DNA of 64,000 nucleotides. It comes from Chiloscyllium plagiosum (lineage: Eukaryota). Positions within the stretch are counted from its first letter, which is position 1. Every line of letters begins with the position of its first letter. Of this stretch, positions 26,498 through 38,950 are shown in pieces. Below the pieces are notes generated by a model that was not told the origin of the DNA, did not search any database, and saw nothing but the letters and a program-made list of their open reading frames with translations. The DNA is taken from contig NC_057749.1 of the NCBI RefSeq assembly GCF_004010195.1, positions 7,523,416 to 7,587,415 on the forward strand. The letters are read 5' to 3'. The position numbers and the translations under genes were made by a program.

Positions 26498-28702
26498 CTG
26501 TGTGAAAAACAGAGCAAGTTACTCAATACCATAAATGCTAGTGTACTCATTTTATTAAATCCTGCACATAGAACACAGAAAATTTGTCTCCGTGTTCACA
26601 TTTCACTCCACATCTCCCTTTCCCAAGCAGGCAATTTTATCTCACTCCCCACCCAGCTTCCCTGTTCAAATTAAATCCAGATGCAGTAATGAAGTCGACA
26701 AAGTACAGAAAATGGCTTGTTTACTAAACAAGTTCAGCTACAGACAGCTTTTTTCTTTAATGAGGCAGGTTTAAGTCAATGTCCAATTGAAACTTTTCAG
26801 TCAAATCACAGACCTAATTCAATCGGCCCAATATCAAGCTTCATATTTTACAAAAAAGAAGCAATTGCTCAGAAAGGGATTTTATATCATAACTGTCTCA
26901 AGTTACACACAAGAGCACAGTCTAGGGCACAGACTTGATTTGCGGTAGGTTATTTCGACATCCAGTACATCAACTTAGCATGAATTCTTCAATATCACTG
27001 CAACACTCACTGTGGACAGCAGCATCCCTGGTCTGCAACCATGCACATTCAAATGACAATTAATGCAAGGGAGCTAGGAGTAAAGATTATTTTGCTGCAA
27101 AGACAGACACAGCAAGAAGACTCACCATGCTAATTCTTGCTGCCCAGTTAAGACAAAACAATGTCCAGACATTCCAGGCAGTTAATTCATCAAGGGCTCC
27201 TGGTAACTCAAAAGCTGAACTATACTGTGAACACATCTTATTAGTATGTATTGCAACAGATGTCAATAGTTTGGCTGCTTATCATGGCTGTTTAAGATCC
27301 AACAATCCGTCTCTTTATAGAACAAGAACAAAGCAGTCATTTGCTCGTCAGGTATGGCCTCATCAGCATCCGTGTTAATAAGACTTGACTATAAATGGGT
27401 GTGCATTAATGTCCACAGTTTATTGTCCAAGCTAAAATTATTGACAACTGCAGTTACATGAACTCCAAAGCCCAGTGGAGGAGAACGTATTTCCATTAAG
27501 ATCTACATCCCATTGATAATTTAACACAAGCTAAGGTCAGCCAATGCATGCAAATGATGATATTACTTGACAATTTTTTTTGTTACCCAATGCTATCTCA
27601 AGTCAGTGAATGAAAGGCTCAAGTCTACAGAGTAGTTAAAATAAACACTCTCAGGAAGAAAGCAGAAACAGAGAGAAGAGAAAAAGTAAAAAGAAATCCC
27701 TCCTTATATATATACACACACACACACAGATACAAATAGACACAATCCACAGAAATAGATCTGAGCTGAAATTGCGCAACTTAACTTGAGGCCAAAGTGA
27801 TTTACCGCAACAGAGCTAAGTCACTGTGGATCTGCATCTGTCATTGAAAGGCAATGTACTACACATGGTTCAGGATTCGAAGTACGATTAAAAAAAACAC
27901 CCACACACAAGGGTCCACGTTGAAGTGACAAATCGGACGAAAGTGGTAGTGTCCAACCCTCACAGACTCAAACCGGATCACGAGCTAAACAGAAATGGAA
28001 TTTTGCAAAAACTTTCTCACGGTCTCACAGTCCGAATATGACAATGATGCACGTTTAATCCCTAACCCTGGATTAACCAGACACAGTTTCAAATGCTTCT
28101 CTTTTTGAAAAAAAAATGTTTGTAAATTTAGCCGTTTGTTTTTACAAATCAGAAAGAGAAAATTGCAGGAAGGGAGGGAGGAAAAAGTGCAGCTCCGATT
28201 TGAGCTCTGTACACACACAAAAAAATACACAAACTGAAATAAACTTTTGAGCGTCCGTCATTTTCGGATGAGGGTCATGTTTAGATTTTTTTTCAGACAT
28301 ACTAATCAAGGCTGTCTAATTCCGGACATCAAAAAAAAAATCACATGAGATCAGGTCAGCAGAACACCGAATAAAGTGTTTGTTTTATTTCTGGACACAG
28401 AGTGAGAGGGAGAGAGAGGCAGAAAACCCACTCTCCAGCTAATGAAGGAAAATCGGCTGTTTGCAATTTCTCGGGAAACTTTCATGACAGGTCGTTGAAA
28501 AGTAATGGGGAAGGAGTGACACACGCAAAATTAAAAAAAAACACAAAACCTTAAAGTGGTCAGACATTAGCAGTAAAAGCCAACCAGCCAGAGGGAAAAA
28601 TAAAGTCAGCCGGGCTCTCTGTTATATTAACACACACACACACACACATAACGCTGCACCGGGGTGTCTTCATTGAACAGAAGGAGACTGGGAGCCACAG
28701 AC

Positions 28703-28943
28703 CTTTGTGCATACCGGTGAAACGATCCTTCAGCACAGTCAATTCATAGATCTTCCCAAATTCCTCGAACAGCGGCTTTAGGTCTTTCTCCTCCAGATTG
28801 CGGGGGATCTGGCCGATGAATAGCTTGATGGCGTCGTGGTCTTTCATTGGGATGGTGTTCTGACTGCTGTGGTTCAAGCCGTTCATCCGACTGCTGCCGC
28901 TGTTGCTGTTGTCTAGCTGCACTCCGTTGGTTACAGTGGCCAT
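28703..28943 (-). CDS. CELF6: CELF/Bruno-like RNA-binding protein, coding exon 1 (N-terminus and first part of RRM1); best match CELF6
   Basis: ATG at 28943 in strong Kozak context (aacATGG). It translates MATVTNG...[51 protein letters not shown] (80 codons + 1 nt) and ends at a GT donor (AAAG|gtctgt). [10 protein letters not shown] is the CELF4/CELF6 signature. The ORF track starts two codons earlier at a TTG and reads on into the intron. Confidence 0.93.
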
Positions 28944-28952
28944 GTTCAAGCG

Positions 28953-28986
<34 letters not shown>
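28953..28986. repeat. (CT/GA)n microsatellite immediately upstream of the CELF6 start codon, probably in the 5' UTR
   Basis: Near-pure ct repeat about 10 nt from the ATG. Confidence 0.9.
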
Positions 28987-28989
28987 GAT

Positions 28990-29045
28990 CGCTCACGTCA
29001 GCCTCTAACTAGGAGACTCTGCAAGTCCTGACGTCAGGATTGCAT
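28990..29045. promoter_or_regulatory. Putative CELF6 proximal promoter/5' region with CRE (CREB/ATF) sites
   Basis: Perfect TGACGTCA at 29029-29036 inside the 14-bp palindrome TCCTGACGTCAGGA (29026-29039); CRE-like TCACGTCA at 28993-29000; 50-95 bp upstream of the ATG in a locally CpG-richer region. Confidence 0.55.
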
Positions 29046-29134
29046 GGTTGGTGCCGAAACAAATGTGGCTGGATTCACACACGGTCAGGAGCCTTAAAGG
29101 TACAGGAGCCCTCTGTCCGGCTCACCCGCTAAAC

Positions 29135-29700
29135 ACACACACACACACAGGGACAGACCCACCCCAACACAATCCAATCAGAACAAGAGGGTATGTGGGA
29201 TTACAGTATACACACACACACACACACAGAGATACCCCACTCCCATTCACAATTAAGTGTGTGCAAGAGGGTGTGTGGGATCACAGTATATACACACACA
29301 CAGATACCCCACTCCCATTCACAATTAAGTGTGTGCAAGAGGGTGTGTGGGATTACAGTATATACACACACACATATACCCCACTCCCATTCACAATTAA
29401 GTGTGCAAGAGGGTATGTGGGATTACAGTATATACACACACACACAGATGCCCTAATTAAGTGTGTGCAAGAGGGTGGGATTACAGGACACAGACAGACG
29501 GATATCCCACTCTCCCAATACAATGCAGTGTGGGCAACAGGGGGCATGAAGACTAAAGTAGACACACACAAACATACACACACAGACCCAACCCAACACA
29601 ATCCAATGTGAACAAAAGGGTGTGTGGGATTACAGTACACACACACACATCCTACTTCCATTCACAATCCTGTGTGTACAAGAGAGGGTGTGGGATTATA
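29135..29700. repeat. Minisatellite, about 72-bp unit with embedded (CA)n
   Basis: (g/t)ataccccactcccattcacaattaagtgtg recurs at 29231, 29303 and 29375 (period 72), with degenerate copies on both sides. Confidence 0.88.
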
Positions 29701-29707
29701 CATTAAA

Positions 29708-30012
29708 CCCAGGTAGGGGAGATCAAAACTAGAGGGAATAGGTTTAAGGTGAGAGGGGAAAGATTTCAAAGGGACCTAAGGGGCAACCTTTTAATGCAGA
29801 GGGTGGTGACTGTATGGAATGAAATGTCAGAGGAAGTGGTGGAGGTTGGTACAATTACAGTATTTAAATGCATTTGGATGGGTATGTGAATAGGAAGAGT
29901 TTGAAGAGATATGGGTCAAGTGCTGGCAAATGGGGCTAGATTAATTTAAGATATCTGGTCGGCCTGGATGAGTTGGGCTGAAGGGTCTGTTTCTGTGCAG
30001 AAAATCTTTATG
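29708..30012 (+). mobile_element. CR1 LINE 3' end
   Basis: Same sequence as the tail of 2450-2756. Confidence 0.85.
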
Positions 30013-30491
30013 ACACACACACACACGCACACACACACACGCAGAGGCACAGGACAAGCTTCCTCTTTAACCCATGCCTTGCTGAATCACTGCATCTCAT
30101 AAAAACTCTTGGATTCGTTCCTGAGAGTGCAGTGAAAGATGCAATGGTATAGATCATTGTGCTTTGTTTGCCAGACAAAATGAAGCATTCCATTTTCCAA
30201 TTTATTCCCTGTCAGTTTAATTGTCGCTCCTTATCAGTGTGAAGTCATGGGGTACCTGACCAGCTGATGTCTGGAGTTGGTTGCAAGTTACTGTCATTTG
30301 TAGTACCCAACCTTGCACTTAGGTATCTCACTGTCTCATCCAGACTGAAACTTCATGCTAAATCACCCTCCTGGAAGGAAAAAATACATGCGTGTGAAAG
30401 AAAATGAAAAACTGAAAGAGAGAGAGAGAGAGACAAACAGAGTGACAAAGTGACATTGCAATAGGCAGAGTGAGAGAATGATAGACAAAGA

Positions 30492-30522
<31 letters not shown>

Positions 30523-31449
30523 CATAAGTGACAGGGAAAGGCAGTGAGAGAGTGAAGCAGAGAATGGATGGAGAAACAGAGTTGAACCAGAGAGTGAGAA
30601 AGACAGAGGCAGTAGAGAAAGAGTGAATGACAGATGCAAAGAGAACTAAATCACATCCCAGAATTTATGTACAATATCCTTACCTTCTTAGATAGGGGTC
30701 AAGAATTTGAATATCATCCATACCAAACTAACCCTGATGATTCCAGTGCCACAATTTACAAAATAAATGGCACAAATTCTTAGTGAAGTACAGAGTGTGT
30801 GTATTCCATTACAATACCAACACTGCTTATGAATGAGACCATACTGAGAATTGAATAATATAAGTCTTTTGAGTGTAGATGTTTGTGAAAAGGAGAGAAT
30901 GGGCAATAACTTGAGGATAATGAACACATGTACCCAAGGTAATAGCCAATGGGATTCTTCTCATTTCCGGACAATAACCACTTGCAAATTAAATAATTTC
31001 CTCTGAATTCAGGAATTTCACATTAAACATGATTGAAATATATCCACGATATTCTATTGTGTATTCAGAAGAAAAGATTGCAGTGAATTTATTTAAAATT
31101 TGGCACAAATTGAATAGCCTTCTTCTGTGGTGTAAGTTTGTATAATACCTGCACATTTTCAACCTGGTAGAGTTTACAGCTTTGATCATCAGATTACTGT
31201 CACAGAGGATGAAGGTTAGCAAGAAGCTGCATTGCTTTATGTCAATGGTTGCTATCTGAGAGGTTTCTATCTGCCTTTGGAAGGGGGTTTTAAACAGTTG
31301 TACTGGCAATGAAAGCACTGGTATCATTACTGACAAACTGCTCCTTAAACCACACGCAGACTCCTTTAAAAATAATATTGCCAATGGATTAAAAGGAAGA
31401 AACAGTCTCAATGATATGTCCACCAGGTACAAAGCTCGTTAAAATATCA

Positions 31450-32450
31450 TGAACAAGTACAGAAAATAATCAAAAAGGTTAGTGGAATGTTGTTCCTTAT
31501 CTCTCTCTCTCTCTCTCTCTCTCACTCTCTCTATAATATATATACGTACTCACATAGAAGTCATGGGTTTCAACTCTATGAACCATTGGTTTGATCCATA
31601 CTTGAGTGTTGTTAGCAATCTGCATACCACACTGTAGGAAGAATGTACTTTGTCATAGAGCCAAAGAGTTGTTCAGCACTGAAATGGATCCTTCAGTCTA
31701 ACTTGTCCAGGCTAACCAGATATCTTAAATTAATCCAGTCCCATTTGCCAGCATTTGGCCAATTTCCCTCTAAACTCTTCATATTAGAAACCCATTCAGA
31801 TGCTTTTACTTTGAGGAGTGTGGTATAAATTTACCAGAATGGTAGTTGGACTCCTGGAGTTAAATAATGAGGAGAGGTTACGCAAATTAGGATTACATTG
31901 CTCCAAATTTGGAAGATGAGAGATGACTGAATCAATTTTTTTCAAGTTATTCAGGGGAACAGGTAGTTCAGATGAATGTAAACTACTTCTGCTAGGTAGG
32001 GCATCCAGGAGAAGGAGGAATGGGTGAAAAAGTTAGAGCGAGATCTTTCGAGACTGAAGTTTGGAAATACTTCTCTACGCAAACAAATGGTGGAAATGTT
32101 AAAACCGATAGAACTATGGATGCTGTAAATCAGAAACAAAAACAGAAGTTGCTGGAAAAGTTCAGCAGGTCTGGCAGCACCTGTGAAGAGAAATCAGAGT
32201 TAACATTTCAGGTCCAGTGACCCTTCCTCAGAACAGGGACCCTTCCTTTCCTCAGGTGAAAATGTTTAGCTCTCTTCCATAAACAATAACTAATACGAAG
32301 CCAGCTGTGAACTTTGCTCTGGAAATCATCAGTCAAAGTCGTTAGGAGGTTATGGGGTATATATGGTTCACAGATCATCCATCATCTCATTAAATGGCAG
32401 AATCAGCTAGTGAAACAAAATGACTCTGTGCTGTACCTTATCCTGAAATT
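31450..32450. mobile_element. Cluster of nested CR1 remnants
   Basis: Plus-strand CR1 ORF2 end (FETEVWKYFSTQ) interrupted by a minus-strand CR1 tail (31650-31810) and a family C element. Confidence 0.6.
32112..32234 (-). mobile_element. Penelope-like family C fragment with a hammerhead motif
   Basis: Minus strand 32234-32199: gtt CTGAGGA a gggtc actg gacct GAAA tgTT aac. Confidence 0.7.
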
Positions 32451-34156
32451 TCACCGTTTCATCGAGAGTCATCGGTTTGATAGAAAAAACATTTAGCATT
32501 GGAAAAAAGAGAGATATGTTGCAAAGCCTTTCACTTGGGAACTCATCAGTATAAATGCAAGAATGCCAAATTTCAAACAGGCACAACAATTTATACTACC
32601 AGAGAAGACCGATAGGATAGCAGGCTCAGTCTGCTTAGCTGACGTATTGCCTTGGATGGGAATCTTAGACTCTTTAAGCCTCTGGGCAATACAAAAAAAA
32701 GTGTACAATATTAATATATTTCTTTAATTACAAAGAATGGGTCCGTGAGTATAAATGTCTATCACTTTTGTTGCATAACTGGACATTGTACAAGCTGAAG
32801 TGATTATCTGAAATTATTTATTCAAGTAACTCACCCAGGATTGTTGAGCTAGTGCTTAATTATGGGATTGCCACCAACTCAGTACAGCAGCGCTTCACAG
32901 GAGGTTCCACAGCACTGAGGATGTCACCGAGAAAGGGGACGAACCGTCATACAATCCAAATTCCCAACTTGACGAACACGCCCACAACTGTGGCATCACA
33001 TCTAAGAGGAGACATTGTATTTTGGGCTTGACAAACACAGGTCAGTTGAGTGCAGTAATGTAGTCAGTACTCTGCCTATGCTGAACAGTCAAAGGAACAT
33101 GTGGTTTGATTCACTCAGCTAATCATTGGGATTTGCAGCTTATATATTTAGGCTTTGGGAACAGTTAACAATCGATAGACAGATTACCATATTATTATCT
33201 GAATACCTTTTTAAAAGAAAAATGCCAATCCTTCTAAGCGTTAAAGGACATAAATATCTTTGATCAACCTGTTTAGAGATATTAATGCACACCTCTGGAG
33301 CAGGTGGGATTTGAACCGAAGCCTCCTGGCTCAGGAGAAGGGACATGATTCCTTGCCTCAGTGTCATTCCTGGTACCTTCATGGCCAGCAGAATGATACA
33401 ACAACAACAATGCTCTCATACACTCTATATAAATGTCCCCATTCAACACTGTTCTATTCCCTCAAAATCTACATGTCTCACCTTGTACCTAGTCATATCT
33501 GTCTCCCCAACTTTGTTTCCACTTTCTCTTGGTATCTATTACTGCACAGGTAAAACACAACAGTTGTACATTCCCTCAGAGTCCCTGCTGCTGCCAACAT
33601 TGAGATTGGAGAGAGTTTCAGATGGACCAGGAACTGCACCATTCTCTTGTTGTCACTTTGCCTGACCAAAGCCACCAGGAGGCACACTTGAGTAATTCAG
33701 AGGGCATTCCCTCCTATCATATATATATATATATATATATATGCATCCACATATCAATACCAAAAAAACATTTTTTTCATTGCTGAGGAAATTCACTCTT
33801 TCGGAAGAATCTTCCCCAACTCACTCAGCATATTGAGAAACTAAATTGCAGAATACATTTTGCATTGTGCTCAGCAGTGGCAGGGGATGGATCAGCTGGA
33901 TGAGGAACCCTGCAGTTACCAAGTGTGTAGCCAAGTTTTTAATTGCTGGTGTTGAAAATTGAATACAGGTGAATATTTGAAAGTAGGTTTATGGTTTGGG
34001 ACGTCGAGCTCCAAACGTCAAAAGAATTCTGTTTTTCATGGCACACCAGACTTTCATAGATTTGCTGCATTGAGCTTCTCATAGTGTTATGTATCATTAT
34101 ACATAACGAGGGGAGGACCCTTTTAAGAGAAGGATTCAGCAATTCTCTGATCCATA

Positions 34157-34495
34157 ATGGCACAGTGGAGTGGTGGCACGGTGGCACAGTGGAGTGGGCA
34201 GCACGGTGACTCTGTGATTAGCGCTGCTGCCTCACAGCGCCAGAGACCTGGATTCAATTCCCACCTCAGGCGACTCACTGTGTGGAGTTTGCACATTCTC
34301 CCCGTGTCTGCGTGGGTTTCCTCCGGGTGCTCCGGTTTCCTCCCACAGTCCAAAAATGTGTAGGTTAGGTGAATTGGCCATGCTAAATTGTCTGTAGTGT
34401 TAGGTGAAGGGGTAAATGTAGGGGAATGGGTCGGTGTGGACTTGTTGGGCCGAAGGGCCTGTTTCCACACTGGAAGTAATCTAATCTAATCTAAT
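34157..34495 (+). mobile_element. HE1-type V-SINE
   Basis: Full head, V-domain and (taatc)n tail; stuttered 5' end. Confidence 0.88.
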
Positions 34496-34516
34496 TTAGT
34501 CTACAAAAAACCCCTA

Positions 34517-34863
34517 CAAGTGTGGAAGCAGGTCATTCAGCCCATCGAGTCCACCCAAACAGCATCCCACCCAGACTCACCCCATCCCTGTAACCCTGCA
34601 TTTCCCATGGCTAATCTACCTAACCTATACATCCACGGAAATTATGGGCAATTTAGCATGGCCAATCCACCTAAACTGCACATCTCTGTGCAAATCAGAG
34701 AGGAAACCAGAGCACGTGGAGGAAACGCTTGCAGACACAGACTGGATGTGCAAACTCACGACAGATAGTTGCCCGAGGTTGGAATGGAACACAGGTCACA
34801 CTTGAAACCAGGTCCCTGGCACTGAGAGGCAACAGTGCTAACCACTGAGCCATTGTCCTGCCC
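34517..34863 (-). mobile_element. HE1-type V-SINE, tail-to-tail with the previous copy
   Basis: Reverse complement of head, V-domain and tail. Confidence 0.82.
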
Positions 34864-35949
34864 CAACATGAGGCACATATGTCAGAAATAAGCCAGACAT
34901 AATCTTCAGCCTGATAAACCAGTCAGCCTTTAAAGCAAAAGGGGCATCATTCCTCTTCGACAATATTGGTGTGTGAAGATGGTAGGGTAATGGTGGTGGT
35001 AATGTCACCGCACTGGTAGTCCGGATGGACAGACTAATATTCTGGGGAGTGAGGGGACACAGGTTTCAAATCCTGCCACAATAGACACTGAAATTTAACC
35101 GCAATTGATAAATTTGAAGCCAGTCTCAATAGTGGCGACCATGACAACTATTGATTATTGTAAAATAAAACTATCAGGTGCACGAGTATTCTTGAGGGCA
35201 GGAGGCCTGCTGTCTTTAACCAGTCTGGCCGACATAATGTGATCGGCTCTTAACTATCCCTTCAGACCAAATTAGGTACAATAAACACCAGCCCTGCCAG
35301 TGATCCTATGTCAAGAACTGCAGCACTCATCCTTCATGTACACTATTATGTGCACACACATCGAGTCATCGAGACACAGATACAGACCCTTCGGCCCAAC
35401 CTGTCAATGCTGAATATAATCCCAATCTCATGCAAAAATAAATAGAAATAATATAAAATAAAATCAATGTGTGAAGCAAGCAAAGTGATTAACAGAGAAG
35501 AAGTCAGAAGCAAAGTTGGGTCAGCTGGGTCCAACTCAATACAAGAGGTGGTCTTGGAACTGATTTTTAAAAAAGGCAGGCAGTGGAATGCAGAGATTGA
35601 CAGAGAGAATGGAAAGATGTTGTGGCTGAAGCCATTGCCATTGATACACATCAAACCATACCAGTGCAGATGGCAACCATTTGGCCCATCACGCCTGTGC
35701 ATAAAGGGAGGAGGAAATCAAAGTCAGGTTGGGGGAGGGTTGAAGACAAAGGGAGTGCTGTGGGACCATGAACGGATTTTACAGCAGGCCTCGCATGTTT
35801 TGCTGGCAAGGTTGTGGGCCGGGGTTGTGCAAGACCTATGACATTGTCAATTGCACACCTATCTTTTTCCAGGTGACAGGGTGAAATGGATTATCAACCT
35901 GGAACCCAAACTGAGAGAAGCTTTTATCATTAAAGAAATTTAGTCAGTT

Positions 35950-38900
35950 TTTTGATACACTCATCGGACACAAGTGTTGCTGTCTGAGTCTGCATTTGTT
36001 GCCCTTATCTAGTCACCCCATCAGAAGGTGATGGTGAGTTGCCTTTCTGAACTGCTGCAGTCTATGTATTGGATATACACATAATGCCCTCAGGGAGGGA
36101 ATTCTAAGTTTTTGACCCTGTGACAGTGAAGGATCGACGATATATTTCTAAGTCAGGATAGTGAATAGCTTGGAAGGGAACTTGCAGGTGGTGATGTTCC
36201 TGTGTATCTGCTGCCCTCGTCCTTCCAGATGGAAGTGGTCATGGGTTTGGAAGGTGCTGTCTGAGGATCTTTGGTGAATTTCTACAGTGCATCTTGTTGA
36301 TAATACACTCTGCTACTCCTGAGTGTCAGTGGTGGAGGAAATGGATGCTTGTGAATGCAGTGCCAATTAAGTCAGCTGCTATTTTCTGGATGGTGTCAAG
36401 CTCATTGAGTGTTGTTGGAGCTGCACCCATCCAGGCACGTGGGGTGTATTCCATCACACTCCTGACTTGAGTCCCTGTGTAGATGGTGGACAGGCTTTGG
36501 GGAGTCAGGAGGTGAGTTACTCGCTGCAGTATTCCAAACCTCTGACCTGCTCTTGTAGTTGTTTATGCAGTGAGTCCAGTTGAGATTCTGGTCAATGGTA
36601 ACCCCCAGGATGTCGATAGTGGGGGAATTCAGTTTTGGTAACAGCACAAGGTTAGCTTGACACTTATTGGTGATGGTCACTGCCTGGCATTTGTGTGGCA
36701 CCAATGTTACTTGCCACTTGTCAGCCCAAGCCTGGATATTGTCCAGATTTTGTTGCACATGAATATGGAATGCTTCAGTATCTGAGGAGTTGCGAAATGT
36801 GCTGAATATTTTCTCACCTTACAATGGAGGGAAAGTCAATGATGAAGTAGCTGAAGATGTTTGGGCCTAGGACACTACTCGGAGGAACTCCTGCAGAGAT
36901 GTTATGGAATTGAGATGACTGACATCCAACAACCACCACCATCTTCCTATGTGCCATGTATGACTCCCACTAGCAGAGACTTTGCCCCCTCAGATACCCA
37001 TCAACTCCAGTTTTGCTAGGAGGGTTCCTTGATGCCATACTTGGGTAGAATGCAGCATTAATGTCAAGGGCTGTCACTCTCACCTCCTCTCTGGAATTCA
37101 GCTCTTTTGTCCACGTTTGAACCAAGGCTATAATGAGGTCAGGAGCTGAGTGACCCTGGCAGAACTCAAACTGAGCATCACTGAAAAGTTTATTGCTGAG
37201 AGGTGCAGCATTAATGTCAAGGGCTGTCACTCTCACCTCCTTTCTGGAATTCAGCTCTTTTGTCCATGTTTGAACCAAGGCTATAATGAGGTCAGGAGCT
37301 GAGTGACCCTGGCAGAACTCAAACTGAGCATCACTGAAAAGTTTATTGCTGAGAGGTGCTGCTTGATCACACCGTTGATGGCAACTTCCATCATTTTACT
37401 GATGATGAAAAGTAGGCTCTTGGGATGGTAATTGGTCAGGCTTGATTTGCCCTGTTTTTATATACAGGACATATCTGAGCAATTTTACACATTATTGGGT
37501 AGGTACCAGTGTTGTAACTGTACTGGAAGAGTCAGGCTAGGGGAGCAGCAACTTCTGGAAAACAAGTCTTCAGTGCTATTGCCAGAACGTTGTCAGGGCC
37601 CATAACCTTTGCATTTTCCAGCACCTCCAAGTGTTTCTTGATATCACATGTAATGAATTGGATTGGCTGAAGATTGGTATCAGTAATAGCTGGAGACCAC
37701 TGGAGGAGGCTGAGATGGATCATCCACTCAGCACCTCTGGCTGAAGTTTGCTGCGAAAGCTTCAGCCTTATCTTTTGCCCTGATGTGCTGGGCTCTTCCA
37801 TAATTGAGGATGGGGATAATTGTGCAGCCTCCTCCTGCAATGAGTTGTTTAATTACCATCACCATTCATGACTGGATGTGACTGGACTGCAGAGCTTAGA
37901 TCTAACCTGTTGATTGTGGGGATTTCTCAGCTCTCTCTATCATTTGCTGCTTATGCTGTTGGTATGCAAGTAGTCCTGTTTGGTAGCTTCAGCAGATTCA
38001 CATGTCATCTTTAGGTATGCCTGGTACTGCTCCTGGCATGCCCTCCTGCACTCTCCATTGAACTAGAATTGATTGCTAGGCTTGATGATAATGGTTGAGT
38101 GGGGGATATGCTGGGCTGTGAGATTGCAGATTGAGCTGGAGTACAGTTCTGCTGCTGTTGATGGCCCACAGCAGCACATTGATGCCCAGTCTTGAGTCTA
38201 TCCCATTTAACACTGTGATAGTGCCACACAACATGCTGGAGGGTATTCTCAATGTGAAGGCGGGACTTTGTCATCACAAGGACAGCACGGTGGTCACTCT
38301 CACCGATACTGTTATGGACAGATACACCTGCAGCCAGCAGATTGGTAAGGATGAGGTCATGTATGTTTTACCCTCTTGTTGGTTCCTTCACCAACTGCTG
38401 CAGACCCAGTCTAGCAGCTATGTCCTTTAGGACCCGACTGGCTCGATCAGCAGTGTTACTGCCAAGTCACTCTTGGTGGTGGACATTGAAATCCTCCATC
38501 CAGTGATTACATTTTGTACCCTTGCCAGCCTCATTGTTTCCTCCAAGTGTTGTTCAACATGGAGGCGTATTGATTCATCGGTCAAGGGAGGGTGGTGCGT
38601 GGTAATCAGCAGGAAGTTTCCTTGCCCATGTCGAAACTGAAGCTAAGCGACTTCATGGGGTCCAGAGTCAATGTTGAGGACTCCCAGGGCAACTCTCTCC
38701 CGACTGTATGTCACTGTTCTACCACCTCTGCTGGGTTTGTCCTGCCAGTGGGACAGGACATATCCAGGGATGGTGATGGCGGTGTCTGGGACAGTGTCAG
38801 GCACGATTCCATGAGTATGAATATGTCGGGCTGTTGTTCACTCATCTGTGAGATGACTCTCCCAATTTTGGCACTAGCCCCCAGATGTTAGTGAGAAGGA

Positions 38901-38950
38901 CTTTGCAGGGTTGATGGGGCTGTTTCTGCCATTGTCTCTTTCAGTGCCCA
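35950..38950 (-). mobile_element. Degenerate CR1-clade LINE, most of ORF2 (endonuclease-RT) plus 3' end
   Basis: Collinear, frameshifted minus-strand ORF fragments: VWHYH..KWDRLK, KVMGPDNV.AIALKTC.PE.AAPLA, QF.F.QGHSAPDLI.ALVQTWTKELNSREEVRVTALDI.AAF, MQQNLDNIQAWADKWQVT..PHKCQ, ILGVTIDQ.LNWT. Confidence 0.88.

Noticed and set aside
28560..28702. C-terminal part of the 129-aa ORF (LWLPVSF...TANV)
   Set aside because: Intron read-through. CELF similarity ends exactly at the GT donor and resumes in exon 2.
29105..29135. REST/RE1-like site near the promoter
   Set aside because: Only a partial half-site (ctgtcc), with no convincing full motif.
29048..29611. 187-aa ORF with 24-aa repeats and Cys/His residues
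   Set aside because: Translation of the 72-bp minisatellite, not a zinc-finger pattern.
35950..38950. Active autonomous LINE or host reverse-transcriptase gene
   Set aside because: Multiple stops and frameshifts.
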